Assembly: GCA_041640655.1 (NCBI GenBank)
Contig: JBEPZV010000007.1
Location: 1-64,000 of the forward strand
DNA length: 64,000 nt
Direction: 5' to 3'
Source of the DNA: a bacterium
Lineage (GTDB): Bacteria; Acidobacteriota; Blastocatellia; HR10
A program made the position numbers and the translations under genes. Below are positions 1-9,693 of the stretch, piece by piece; positions within the stretch are counted from its first letter, which is position 1; each line of letters begins with the position of its first letter. A model generated the notes under the pieces. The model was given only the letters and a program-made list of their open reading frames with translations. It was not told the DNA's origin and searched no databases.

Positions 1-332
1 TCATCCTGATAGCCGAAGGCCGTCATCCCCCCCGATTCCGTATACCGCCGAGGCGTCGGCCACCGAAGCGGCGACACGCGAAAGCCTTCAGGCACGGTCC
101 ACGCGACGCGGATCGGTAGGCCGGCATCGCCCGAGTTCTCCCAATACATATGCCACCCGGGTTCGATCTGAAAGTAGAGGCCAACGGTGAACGGACGCCC
201 CGGCTGAACGGCCGCGACCTCTGCGACAAGACGCGGAGTCACGATGCGGCGCCCCTGATGCACCTGGGCCGAGAGGGCGAGCGCCGTCCCACCGAGCATC
301 ACGCTGAGGATGAATGCCCATCGCTTCATCAT
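1..332 (-). CDS. Protein-disulfide reductase DsbD N-terminal domain protein (partial, runs off the window)
   Basis: Not in the ORF track. My translation gives MMKRWAFILSVMLGGTALALSAQ...FQIEPGWHMYWENSGDAGLPIRVAW, i.e. a signal peptide plus the GWHxYWxNxGDxGxP motif. SD GAGGAGGGGGAG lies upstream. Confidence 0.8.
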   Translation of the reverse strand, partial: MMKRWAFILSVMLGGTALALSAQVHQGRRIVTPRLVAEVAAVQPGRPFTVGLYFQIEPGWHMYWENSGDAGLPIRVAWTVPEGFRVSPLRWPTPRRYTESGGMTAFGYQD

Positions 333-395
333 CTCCCCCTCCTCACAAGAGAACGCGCCGAAGGCGTGCGCGTGACCATGGGGCAGAGCCGCCGG

Positions 396-1169
396 TTACT
401 GCGCCGCTGGCTTGGCGAACTTCCCGCTTTCGATCGCGACATTGTGCTTCACCTCCTCGGTCTTGAAGATCAAGGAGAACGCCGGCGTGACCTGCCGTAT
501 CGTGAACGGGATCCGAAGGCCATCCACCTCACGATAATCCTCGAAATAAATCTCCACCGGGATCTTTCCCTGCGGCCCTTCGCGCTCCACGTCCAGGCGC
601 ACGAGCAACCCGGTCGCGGCGTCGAAATACCATCGCTCCGCAGAGCCTTCGGCAGGCGTGGCCTCGAGGACATAGACCTCGGTTCCGCTCACCGTCCCCT
701 TTCCCTTCACCGCGATCTTCGGATACAGCTCCTTCAATCGGAGCGGCTTGTAGAAATCCGCATCCAATCGCGTCGCCGCAAGCTCCCGGCCGCTCTTCTC
801 CCGAAGCCCCGTGATCGGATCTTTCGCCCATGCGACGGCTCCATCGAAGCCCTCATGAATGGCGCCGAATCCCGGCAACTCGACGACGACCAACACGCGA
901 TTCGGCGCCTGCGCATAGGACTCGAACGTCCCGCGCACTCCGGCTGCCGGAATCTCCACCGTCCCTCGCGAGACCCGGCTGGTCACCCGCTCCAAGGCCT
1001 CTCTCCCCCCACAGGCCTGGATATATCGGTCGAGCACGCGATCCACCGTCACGTCAGGAGCCACGGCCGCTTCTTGCGACTTCTCCACGCTCGACGCGCT
1101 CCACCCCCACGAGACGGCAATTCCACAGAGGACCAAGGCTCCGATCATTCCACGCCGCATCATCCGCAT
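396..1169 (-). CDS. Secreted LolA-like / lipoprotein-sorting-fold protein
   Basis: Signal peptide; VLDRYIQACGG, WYFDAATGLL and YFEDYREVDGLRIPF segments are typical of this beta-rich family. Overlaps the S41 gene stop. Confidence 0.65.
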   Translation of the reverse strand: MRMMRRGMIGALVLCGIAVSWGWSASSVEKSQEAAVAPDVTVDRVLDRYIQACGGREALERVTSRVSRGTVEIPAAGVRGTFESYAQAPNRVLVVVELPGFGAIHEGFDGAVAWAKDPITGLREKSGRELAATRLDADFYKPLRLKELYPKIAVKGKGTVSGTEVYVLEATPAEGSAERWYFDAATGLLVRLDVEREGPQGKIPVEIYFEDYREVDGLRIPFTIRQVTPAFSLIFKTEEVKHNVAIESGKFAKPAAQ

Positions 1170-2563
1170 CCTCCTTTCCGTAAACCTCGCACGTCGCCGC
1201 GTCGCGGCAAACGACGCGCGATCTCGCGAAGGGCGACCTCAAGCTGCGGATCCCGCCCTTCGAGCAGAGCCCGCCGCGTCAGCGGAACTTCGATGTTCGG
1301 GATCACGCCATGCCCCTCGATCAATGTCCCTTGCGCCGTTTGGAAATCCGCAATGGCATATTGAAAGAGCGCGCCCGTCGGCAACCGCTCCAACAGCGAA
1401 GGCAGAGCCGCTCCGGCGCTCCGCTCGCCGATGATGAGAGCGCGCCCCAACTCTTGAAGTCCGGCGGCGAAGATCTCCGCCGTCGAAGCCGTATGTTCGT
1501 CAATCAGGATGACGACGATCCCCGCGTACGGATTCGGCTGAGGGAAGACAGCGAGATTCACATGCCCCGATCGCAACGTCATCGTCCCCAAGCTCGTTGG
1601 CCTCTCACACAACATCCCCGCGAGGCCGGCCGCCATCCCGCCTATCCCTCCAGGATTCCCGCGCAGATCGAAGATCAGCGCTGGAGCCGTGGCGAACTCC
1701 CGAATCGCCGCGCGGATGCGCTCCATCAGGCCGACGACGAAGACGTTAAAGCGAATGTACCCGATGTCTCCCAAGCGCTTCGCTTCGAACTCCACCGGCA
1801 TCGGGGGGAAATTCCCGAAGCGCTCGGACCATTCTCCCCCCCGGCGCTCCCGCCGAAGCTCCACCTCTCGAAGGCGAGAGCGATCGTCCACGTACTGGAC
1901 GCGGACCCGTGTCCCCGGCTCCCCATCCAGGAGCGCGAGCACGGCCCTGGCCATTCGCATCCGGCGTCGCGCCGGTGGCTCCCATCCCGAGGAGAATCGC
2001 CGAAGCAACCGATCGAGGTCTCGATCGCCCACGCGTCGCACGATGAATCCCGGCCGCAGCCCGGCGCGCTCTGCCGAGGACTCCGCGCGCACGCGCGTGA
2101 TGACGACCTGACGCCCGAGGACGCGTACGTCCAAGCCCACCGTCCCCGCGCGCTCCGACGGATCCCCCTCCTCCAAGAACGTCCCCGGCGGATAGATGTG
2201 AAAGTGCGAGCGTCGCAATTCTCCGAGCATCTGTTGCAATAATGCGTACAGCTCGGATTCCGTCCGAATCGCGGCGAGCCGCGCTTCGTACCGACGCCCC
2301 ACAGCATCCCAATCGAGTCCGCCGAACGTGGGATCGTAATACTTCTCCTTCACCCGACCCCATACGATCTCAAACGTGCGCCGATATAGCTCCCGCGCGC
2401 CGTGCGCCCCGGCCGTGGCCACGCCCTCCTGTTTCTCCAACGTGACCGGGGACCACACCGGAACGGTTGCCGAGGCCCGAACCTGCCACAGAGGCGCCCA
2501 CCCCCCTACGACTGATGCGCCTATCCCAAAGAGGATCAATCCCCCGAGGAGGCTCCGTCTCAC
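1160..2563 (-). CDS. S41 family peptidase with PDZ domain
   Basis: DLRGNPGG and TASTAE (catalytic Ser) motifs, IEGHGVIP...DPQL C-terminus, central PDZ. Start moved to GTG 2563, which follows GGAGAGGGAG and begins a signal peptide. Confidence 0.9.
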   Translation of the reverse strand: MRRSLLGGLILFGIGASVVGGWAPLWQVRASATVPVWSPVTLEKQEGVATAGAHGARELYRRTFEIVWGRVKEKYYDPTFGGLDWDAVGRRYEARLAAIRTESELYALLQQMLGELRRSHFHIYPPGTFLEEGDPSERAGTVGLDVRVLGRQVVITRVRAESSAERAGLRPGFIVRRVGDRDLDRLLRRFSSGWEPPARRRMRMARAVLALLDGEPGTRVRVQYVDDRSRLREVELRRERRGGEWSERFGNFPPMPVEFEAKRLGDIGYIRFNVFVVGLMERIRAAIREFATAPALIFDLRGNPGGIGGMAAGLAGMLCERPTSLGTMTLRSGHVNLAVFPQPNPYAGIVVILIDEHTASTAEIFAAGLQELGRALIIGERSAGAALPSLLERLPTGALFQYAIADFQTAQGTLIEGHGVIPNIEVPLTRRALLEGRDPQLEVALREIARRLPRRGDVRGLRKGGCG

Positions 2564-2741
2564 CGCTCCCTCTCCCCTGCCCCTCATCGCATCACCCCGT
2601 GCTCCCCAACGCCATCGGCGTGCTCCTTTATTTTCGTCCAGCGCTTCGCGTTCGAGCAAGGGGGTCGGGGGTCTCCGAAGGCCTCTGCCCTTTCTCTCAA
2701 GAAGGTGTGCTTCGCGCTTGGAATGTTCTGTCGCCAATCGC

Positions 2742-3650
2742 TTACACGGCGCAGAGCGGACGCACGCTCTCCGAATATCCGTATTGCTTCATCCATGCGC
2801 TCTCTCGCACGCGATGGAAGAAGTCCACGAGCCTCGGATCAGAGGCGAAGGCATACGCGCGCTGAGCATCCACCTCCCGCGCGACGTCCTCTATAGCCCG
2901 AGGGTGAATCTCCGGGAGTTGGCAGAAATTGGCGAGCGCACGAAGATGCGGAATCGGCTCGCGGACGAAATCCTCGTATCTCACGACCGCGCGCTCGTTG
3001 GGGATTCGCCCGAGCACTCGTTCGGCATACGCGAGGTACGATTCCCAGAGCGCGAAGGCGCCCTCGAGCGTCAGGCAGCGCGCGGAACCGCGAAAGCCCA
3101 CGCGCTCCAGATGCGTCCGCCGATCCGGCCGATGAAACTTTTGATGAAACCGCACCTGCTGCCACCGAAAGTACCGCTGCTCCCGAACGACCAAACTACG
3201 GGCCACGTCCACGCCGTGACGCACGATCCAGATGATCTTCGCCCGAGGAAACAGCTCCACCCAGAGGGGGAGTGTGAGGACGTTGCGCGGATCCTTCCAT
3301 CCCCAGGGCCGATCGAACCGCGCCAGAGAACGGTATCGGATCCAATTCCGCCATCCCAAATAGCGATGAATCCGCCATGAGAGGAGATCGCCCTCCAGAC
3401 ATCGAAGCGTCATGCGTACGATCTCGGGATGCCGCAAAAAATCGTGGATCGGATCGGGGCGGTCCCAAGACGCCCGAGCCTGACGCAGAATGACTTCGTT
3501 CAGATGCAGGAAAAAGACCGACTCGTGATGCTCCTCCACGCGATGTCCCAGGAAGAGGCCGAGCCGGTCCAAAAGACGCGCCAGCAGCGTCGTCCCCGAC
3601 CGATGCATCCCCGCAATGATCACCGGTTGAACGCGGACCGAGAGACTCAT
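2742..3650 (-). CDS. Sulfotransferase family protein
   Basis: PAPS-binding loop GMHRSGTT, plus WGWKDPR, RHGVDVARS and VRYEDF. Confidence 0.85.
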   Translation of the reverse strand: MSLSVRVQPVIIAGMHRSGTTLLARLLDRLGLFLGHRVEEHHESVFFLHLNEVILRQARASWDRPDPIHDFLRHPEIVRMTLRCLEGDLLSWRIHRYLGWRNWIRYRSLARFDRPWGWKDPRNVLTLPLWVELFPRAKIIWIVRHGVDVARSLVVREQRYFRWQQVRFHQKFHRPDRRTHLERVGFRGSARCLTLEGAFALWESYLAYAERVLGRIPNERAVVRYEDFVREPIPHLRALANFCQLPEIHPRAIEDVAREVDAQRAYAFASDPRLVDFFHRVRESAWMKQYGYSESVRPLCAV

Positions 3651-4172
3651 CCCCAGAGATCGAGCGCTCAGGGAACGAGCTGAAGGCACAGGCTCTCATC
3701 CTGTAGCGGTTCTCCCCCCGAAACCGCTATAATAGCCATGCCTCACCCTTGGCCGGTCTGCGACCTCCGTTGGGCTCACCTCTTCAGACCGGCCAATGCT
3801 CGCTCTCCGAAAGGACGCTCTCGCTCGCAAGGCCACTCCCCCTCCACGAGAGCGCCTGAACTTCCCAGACGATCATCAACATCGCGCATTGACCTTTCGC
3901 CCATCTCCTCAGAACGCGCCATCGAGCGCCGCATCGCCGCGCCTCCCTCGATCGGACGCGTCATCCGAAATTCAGACGGCACAAGCGCGGGAAAAGTCTG
4001 AAAGGCCGAGATCGCCCGACGCCTGCGCCGCCTCGCATCGAAAATCCCTCCGCTAGAGAACACGTTCCGAGGTCGAGTGTCGGTTACACGATTTCTCGGG
4101 CAGAAGCGTGAAGAGCGGGCTTGAAATGAATGATGGATCGAAGATCGCTCTCCCCGAATGCTCCGTGCCCTC

Positions 4173-4201
4173 TTGGCGCCATTCGGAGGACGCCGTACAA
4201 T
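4173..4201 (+). promoter_or_regulatory. Putative sigma70 promoter of the TonB-dependent receptor
   Basis: TTGGCG-17 nt-TACAAT, upstream of SD GGGAGG and ATG 4233. Confidence 0.55.
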
Positions 4202-4232
4202 GAAAGGCCATCGCGCGAGAGGGAGGACGCGT

Positions 4233-6962
4233 ATGAGGGGGCGACTCAGAGGGGCAGGAATGGGGCTGCTGTTCGGGATCCTCCTGATGAGCTTCGCGCC
4301 CCGGCAGGCGCAGGCGAACGCGCAGGGACGGATCCGCGGCATCGTCACCGATGCGACAGGAGCGCGAATTTCCGGCGCCCGCGTCATCTTACGGCACGCT
4401 CAGCGAACGATCGCGAGCGCGCTCTCGAACGACATGGGGGAATTCATCCTCGCGGGCGTGCCGCGCGGGGTCTATGAACTCGCCGTGCACGCGCGCGGTT
4501 TCGCGGAGCGGCGTCTTCCGATTCGGCTCTCGACCCCGGAAGAGGTGCACGTACAGGTGACGCTGGAGGTCGAGCCCGTCATCGAGGAGCTGACCGTAAC
4601 AGGAGAAGGTGGCTTCGTGGACGAGACGGCCAGAACCATCCAATCGGTGAGCGTGATCCTCTCGGATCACCTCACCATGCGCACCAAGGCCGTCCTGGCG
4701 CAGGCGGTGAATGAGGAGGTCGGGGTCCATCTGCAGCGGACGAGCCCGACGATCGCGGGCGTCTTCATCCGCGGGCTCGGCGGCGATAAGGTCAACATCT
4801 ACGTGGATGGGATTCGATACTCGACCTCCGCCATGCGATCCGGCATCCAGACGTTCCTCAGCCTGCTTGATCCCACGAATGTCGAGGCCATCGAAGTCCT
4901 CCGGGGACCGCGCAGCGCCGATTATGGGAGCGACGCCCTGGGCGGGAGCTTCCAACTCCTGACGTGGACTCCGCCTCTGGCCGCCACGCGCCGGGAGTGG
5001 CACGGCATGTGGGCGACGACCGTGAACACGGCGGATTGGAGCGCCGGATCGAGCCTTCGCACGAGCCTGGGGGCGCGAACCTTTGGCCTCACCCTCAATA
5101 TCGTCGGCCGACGCGTGAACACGCTGCGACCGGGACGCGGCGTGGATTCGCATTCGGCGGTGACGCGGTTTCTGGGTCTCCCTTCCCACGTGCTTTATGG
5201 CCCGCGCCTGCCAGATACAGGGTTCACTCAATACGGAGGGAGCACGACCTTCTTGTGGGCGCCCACGTCCACATCCTCCCTCCGCTTCCACTATCAACGG
5301 GCGCAGCAGGACGGCGGGAAAAGGTTCGATCAATTGCTCGGCGGAGATGGGAATCTCATCGCCGACCTGCGAAACCTGATGCTCGACTTCTTCTACGTGC
5401 GGTACGATCGCCAGGCGTTCGCCGGAATGGACCATCTCGCGCTCTCCTACTCCTTCAACGCGCAACGCGAGGAGCGGGTGAATCAGGGAGGCAACGGGAA
5501 CCCGCGCGCGGCGATCGTCCATGAGTACGAGAAGATGCGCGTTCACGGGCTTCAGGCACGCGCGGAGAAGCTCTGGCGCGGACACTTCCTTCGCCTCGGC
5601 GGGGAAGCGTACCACGAGCGCATGCGCGCTCCAGCCTTCGCCCTGAATCCCGTCACCGGTGGGGTGACCCTCCGGCGCCCGCGCGTGCCCGACCGCGCGC
5701 GATATGAGCAGTGGGGGATCTACATCCTCGACGTCTTCGAGCCTCGACGTGGATCGGTGAAGCTGATCGGCGGCCTCCGCTATAGCGGCGCGCGCTACCA
5801 AGCTCGCACTGAAGATGCGCCGATCGTCGGCGGACGCCCGCTCTGGCCGAGCGATGCGCTTCGGGTCTCCAACGTGAGCGGGCGCGCGGGGCTCCTCATC
5901 CCGCTGGGCGGTCGGCTCAGCGCTGCCTTCCACTTCAGTCGGGGCTTTCGCGCGCCGAGTATGACGGATCTGGGCACGCTCGGACTGACGGGCTCCGGAT
6001 TCGAGGTCTCCGCCCGAGAGATCGCGCCGCTCAACGGACTGGTCGGGTCCACAGCCGACCGCACGGCCGTCTCGACGGGACAGCCCGTCGCCCCGCTCAA
6101 GCCCGAACTCAGCCAAAGCTATGAGATCGGCGTGCGCTACCGACAGACCCGTCTGCGCGGAGAACTCACGCTCTTTCTGAACGACATCACGCGCTTGATC
6201 ACCAAACAGGCGCTGATTCTCCCACCGGGAGCCGTCGGCCTCTCTCTGGGTGGTGAACCAATCATCGCGCAAACGCCTAATGGGACGGTCTTCGTCGCCG
6301 CCTCTTCAGCGCCCGTGCTCGTGCGCGCCAACTTCGGCGATGCGCGGTTCTGGGGGATCGAGCAAATGTGGACCTTCGAACTCTCCGAGCGATGGTCTCT
6401 CGACATTCTCCACACGCACATCTCGGCGAAAGATCGGCGCACGGGTCGGCCCCCCAATATCGAGGCGAGTCTCCCTGCCCCCGACGGGTGGATTCGCCTT
6501 CGATACATGCCCCTGCGTCGCTTCTGGATCGAACCGTATCTTCATGCGGCCGCTCGCCAGACGCGACTCTCGACGCTCGCCCTTGAAGATCGCCGCACGG
6601 GAGCTATGCGCTCGCGCGCGAACATCGCCAGCTTCTTCCGCAACGGCGCCACCGTGCGCGGGCTTATCGCTCCCGGGCCAGATGGCCGCTTCGGAACGGA
6701 CGACGACTTCTTGATCCCGACGGGCGAGACCTTGACGCAAGTCCAGAATCGCGTGCTTGGCCCCGGCGTCGAGAGCGCCCCGCTCTACCGAGCCATCCCC
6801 GGCTATGTCGTCTTCAATATCCGCGCCGGATTCCGCGTGGGCGAGAACCATCAGTTCCTCATTGAAGCGGAGAACTTGACCGATCGAAACTATCGAGGGG
6901 TCACCTGGGGCTTGGACGCTCCCGGACGCAGTCTCTTTCTGCGCTATCAATACACTTTCTGA
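4233..6962 (+). CDS. TonB-dependent receptor with CarboxypepD-like N-terminal domain
   Basis: Signal peptide, GRIRGIVTDATGA, plug motif IEVLRGPRSADYGSDALGG, GFRAPS, ENLTDRNY and C-terminal YQYTF. Confidence 0.92.
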   Translation: MRGRLRGAGMGLLFGILLMSFAPRQAQANAQGRIRGIVTDATGARISGARVILRHAQRTIASALSNDMGEFILAGVPRGVYELAVHARGFAERRLPIRLSTPEEVHVQVTLEVEPVIEELTVTGEGGFVDETARTIQSVSVILSDHLTMRTKAVLAQAVNEEVGVHLQRTSPTIAGVFIRGLGGDKVNIYVDGIRYSTSAMRSGIQTFLSLLDPTNVEAIEVLRGPRSADYGSDALGGSFQLLTWTPPLAATRREWHGMWATTVNTADWSAGSSLRTSLGARTFGLTLNIVGRRVNTLRPGRGVDSHSAVTRFLGLPSHVLYGPRLPDTGFTQYGGSTTFLWAPTSTSSLRFHYQRAQQDGGKRFDQLLGGDGNLIADLRNLMLDFFYVRYDRQAFAGMDHLALSYSFNAQREERVNQGGNGNPRAAIVHEYEKMRVHGLQARAEKLWRGHFLRLGGEAYHERMRAPAFALNPVTGGVTLRRPRVPDRARYEQWGIYILDVFEPRRGSVKLIGGLRYSGARYQARTEDAPIVGGRPLWPSDALRVSNVSGRAGLLIPLGGRLSAAFHFSRGFRAPSMTDLGTLGLTGSGFEVSAREIAPLNGLVGSTADRTAVSTGQPVAPLKPELSQSYEIGVRYRQTRLRGELTLFLNDITRLITKQALILPPGAVGLSLGGEPIIAQTPNGTVFVAASSAPVLVRANFGDARFWGIEQMWTFELSERWSLDILHTHISAKDRRTGRPPNIEASLPAPDGWIRLRYMPLRRFWIEPYLHAAARQTRLSTLALEDRRTGAMRSRANIASFFRNGATVRGLIAPGPDGRFGTDDDFLIPTGETLTQVQNRVLGPGVESAPLYRAIPGYVVFNIRAGFRVGENHQFLIEAENLTDRNYRGVTWGLDAPGRSLFLRYQYTF

Positions 6963-6979
6963 GGTGGGGAGGAACGAAG

Positions 6980-7456
6980 ATGTCTCGATCCCTGATCGTC
7001 CGGCGACACTGGAGAGGATCGCTCAGATTTCTCCTCAGTCTCCTGATCGCCCTGGGCTTCCTCGCTTCTCTGCAAGCCACGCCGCAAGGGCCGACGGATC
7101 CCCCCTACGCGGTCGCCTACTACTACAAAGTCAAGTGGGGGCACTACGACGAGTTCCTTCGACTCTTCAAGAAGAATCACTGGCCCTTGCTCAAAGCCGA
7201 ACAGGAACAGGGGCGCATTCTTCGCGTGGAAGCCTATCAACCGACCTTTCACGGAGAGGGACGCGCGGATTGGCACTTCATGACCATCATCGTCTACAAG
7301 AATTGGAACGCCGTCATTGATCAATCGGGGCGCGAGGCGCTGCTGCGCCGCCTCTTCCCCGACCAGGAGCGATTTCAAGCCGAAGAGCGACGGCGCTTCG
7401 AGCTACTGGAAGCGCACTGGGATGTCCCGCTCACGCCCGTCCCCCTGGATCGGTGA
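6980..7456 (+). CDS. Secreted hypothetical protein (possible dimeric alpha+beta barrel/NIPSNAP-like)
   Basis: SD GGGAGG, signal peptide and a YYYKVKWGHYDEF motif; directly follows the receptor gene. Confidence 0.7.
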   Translation: MSRSLIVRRHWRGSLRFLLSLLIALGFLASLQATPQGPTDPPYAVAYYYKVKWGHYDEFLRLFKKNHWPLLKAEQEQGRILRVEAYQPTFHGEGRADWHFMTIIVYKNWNAVIDQSGREALLRRLFPDQERFQAEERRRFELLEAHWDVPLTPVPLDR

Positions 7457-7486
7457 GCGGTGCGCTGACGCTCTCCCCGCGCGCGC

Positions 7487-8884
7487 TCATTCCGCCTCAC
7501 GGGGTCCCCACGCGGTCTGGAGATCGCGCGGGATGTCCGAGGTGGATTCCAGCTCCTCAAACGGATAGAGGACAAGCCCCGAGAGGAGCTTCGGATAGAA
7601 GTCCGTGGACTTCTGTGGCAGCAGGCGCCCGGAGAGAGCCATCGCATAGACCTGCTCCACGCGCGTCGGATTCAGGAAGAACCCCACCTGCGCGCGCCCT
7701 TCGCGAACGGCGCGCGCGCCCTCCTCGAACTCTCGAACGTAGATGATGTGCCGTTCGCTCTGGATCGCTTCTTCACCAAGGCGAAGTCCCCGCTCGATGA
7801 GCACACGATGAAGCACGGCCGTGTCGAGCATCCGCTCAAGCGGTGTCATCCCCTCGAGCATCCGCTCCGCCTCCTCGGTCTCCCGCAACGCCAGAAGGCG
7901 AAAGACGGAATCCCCGACCACCATCAGACCGAAAGTCATTCGCCGCTGCCCTTCCTCCGCCAAGCGCGCGCGAATGTGGGTGAGCGCCTGGGCGGAGAAG
8001 TCCCCAAGGGGCACACTCGTCACGTCGAAATAGCGCGCGACGAAATCGCGGAATCGTTCGGCATCAAACACGTCCATGCCCACGATCAACCGGTGCGTGG
8101 GCAGGATCGTTATCCCCTCGTCCCGCAGATTGAAGAAGGCCATGAGCATGCGCTCGTAGGGCGCCCGTTCCTCCACCCGTCCCGCCTCGGCCCGCCGCTC
8201 ATCGCGATAGGCTAGGGCCGTCTCATAGCGATGGTGTCCATCGGCGATCACCAGCTGCCGCGGAGCCATCATCTGCTGAATCGCCTCGATGGCCTCCGGC
8301 ACAGAGAGCGCCCACAACCGATGCTCGACGCCGTACTCGTCCACGACATGCACCTCGGGCGGCCCACTCGCGCACTGCTCCAGGATGGCCTGAATCTCAA
8401 AGGCCGGATCATCATAGAGCATGAAGATCGGCTCCAGATGCGCCCGCGTGGCGCGAAGCAGCCGCAACCGATCCTCCTTCGGCCCCCTCAGCGTGCGCTC
8501 GTGCGGGAAGATGATCCCTCGCTCGAAATCCTCAAGCTGCCCGAGCGCCAGAAACCCTTTCCGCGTCTTCACCGGTCCATCCGGCGGGACGCGATACGTC
8601 TGGAAATAGATGTAGATCGCCGGAGCGCGATCTGCGACGAGAACGCCTTCGCGCATCCACCGTCGCAGCTCCTCGCGCGCTCGCGTGTAGACGTTCTGCG
8701 TCTCCGTGTCTTCGGGAAACGCCTTCCCCAAGATCACGCGCACGAAATTATAGGGGCTTCTCGCATAGTACTGCTCCTGCATTGCGGGCGTGATCTTATC
8801 GTAGGGCTGGGTGAGGACGGCCGCCAGATCGCCCACCTTCTCCGGATTGTATCGCCACGCGCGAAACGGATAGACCCGCGCCAT
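7487..8884 (-). CDS. DUF1015 family protein
   Basis: MARVYPFRAWRY, PYDKI, PHERT, IADGHHRYETA and LPQKSTDFYPKLLSGL motifs. Confidence 0.9.
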   Translation of the reverse strand: MARVYPFRAWRYNPEKVGDLAAVLTQPYDKITPAMQEQYYARSPYNFVRVILGKAFPEDTETQNVYTRAREELRRWMREGVLVADRAPAIYIYFQTYRVPPDGPVKTRKGFLALGQLEDFERGIIFPHERTLRGPKEDRLRLLRATRAHLEPIFMLYDDPAFEIQAILEQCASGPPEVHVVDEYGVEHRLWALSVPEAIEAIQQMMAPRQLVIADGHHRYETALAYRDERRAEAGRVEERAPYERMLMAFFNLRDEGITILPTHRLIVGMDVFDAERFRDFVARYFDVTSVPLGDFSAQALTHIRARLAEEGQRRMTFGLMVVGDSVFRLLALRETEEAERMLEGMTPLERMLDTAVLHRVLIERGLRLGEEAIQSERHIIYVREFEEGARAVREGRAQVGFFLNPTRVEQVYAMALSGRLLPQKSTDFYPKLLSGLVLYPFEELESTSDIPRDLQTAWGPREAE

Positions 8885-9039
8885 AGTTTTACACTCTGGC
8901 ATGGAGCCTTGGGATTTGTCCAGCCATTGGGAGAGATCGCGATGAGCTAACAAGGGGGATGCTTCTTGCCCTTTTCGCTCGTGAGAGCGCGCCGCCGCAT
9001 CCCCGTGAAGATCGCACGATCGCTCGGGCGATCAAATGC

Positions 9040-9450
9040 TCAGGCAGCCGCCGCTTCCTCTTTGTACAAGTATCCGGCGACCAATCCGGCCACGACGTAC
9101 GCCACGAGATTCGTCACAATCCCGATGACCATCAGCCGCGTCCCCCACTGCAGCAGCGGAGCAAACCCGAGCCGCACCAGGAGTCCCGCCACGATCCAGA
9201 GGTAAATTCCCGCCACCACCGCCGTCTTTGGCCCCGCCCCATACCGCGGTCGAATCGCCGCATACAACCACGCCACCGCGATCCCAAAGACCACGCCGAT
9301 GATCCAGATCCTCAGAGCCCCGGACATCGCGATGGGCTCTCGCCCAAGTTCCTGATACGATCGGAACAGAAACCGATGCACGATCGTCTCGATCACGTCA
9401 ATGATCACACCGGCGATCACGCCGCCGAGCACAATGCGCGCGATATTCAT
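9040..9450 (-). CDS. Four-TM hypothetical membrane protein
   Basis: SD AGGAGGAAGAGG, four hydrophobic segments and a WLYAAIRPRYGAGPKTA motif. Confidence 0.75.
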   Translation of the reverse strand: MNIARIVLGGVIAGVIIDVIETIVHRFLFRSYQELGREPIAMSGALRIWIIGVVFGIAVAWLYAAIRPRYGAGPKTAVVAGIYLWIVAGLLVRLGFAPLLQWGTRLMVIGIVTNLVAYVVAGLVAGYLYKEEAAAA

Positions 9451-9489
9451 AGCCTCTTCCTCCTTAGTTTGGGCGTAGGTGCCAGCCTT

Positions 9490-9518
9490 ACAGTATCGCA
9501 TTTCGGCCCATCCGTCAA
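9490..9518 (-). promoter_or_regulatory. Putative sigma70 promoter
   Basis: TTGACG-17 nt-TACTGT on the minus strand; palindrome TTTTCGAAAA (9525-9534) lies just upstream. Confidence 0.55.
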
Positions 9519-9693
9519 TGGTTCTTTTCGAAAACCAGGTCCGGCGCAGGGAGCGATCCATGACTGGCGGTGTCGCTCGGACAGGGAGCACGCGCAATGA
9601 CGGCCATCGGTGTCTCGCGCCAAGCAAGGGGGGACGACTCCAGCTCCTCTCTGGTTCCGGGCAGAACCCTGTCGCTCGCGCCGACGGAGCGCT

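Noticed and set aside
3960..4232. Cobalamin or other riboswitch ahead of the TonB receptor
   Set aside because: No B12 box or other recognisable core, and the predicted promoter leaves a leader of only about 25 nt.
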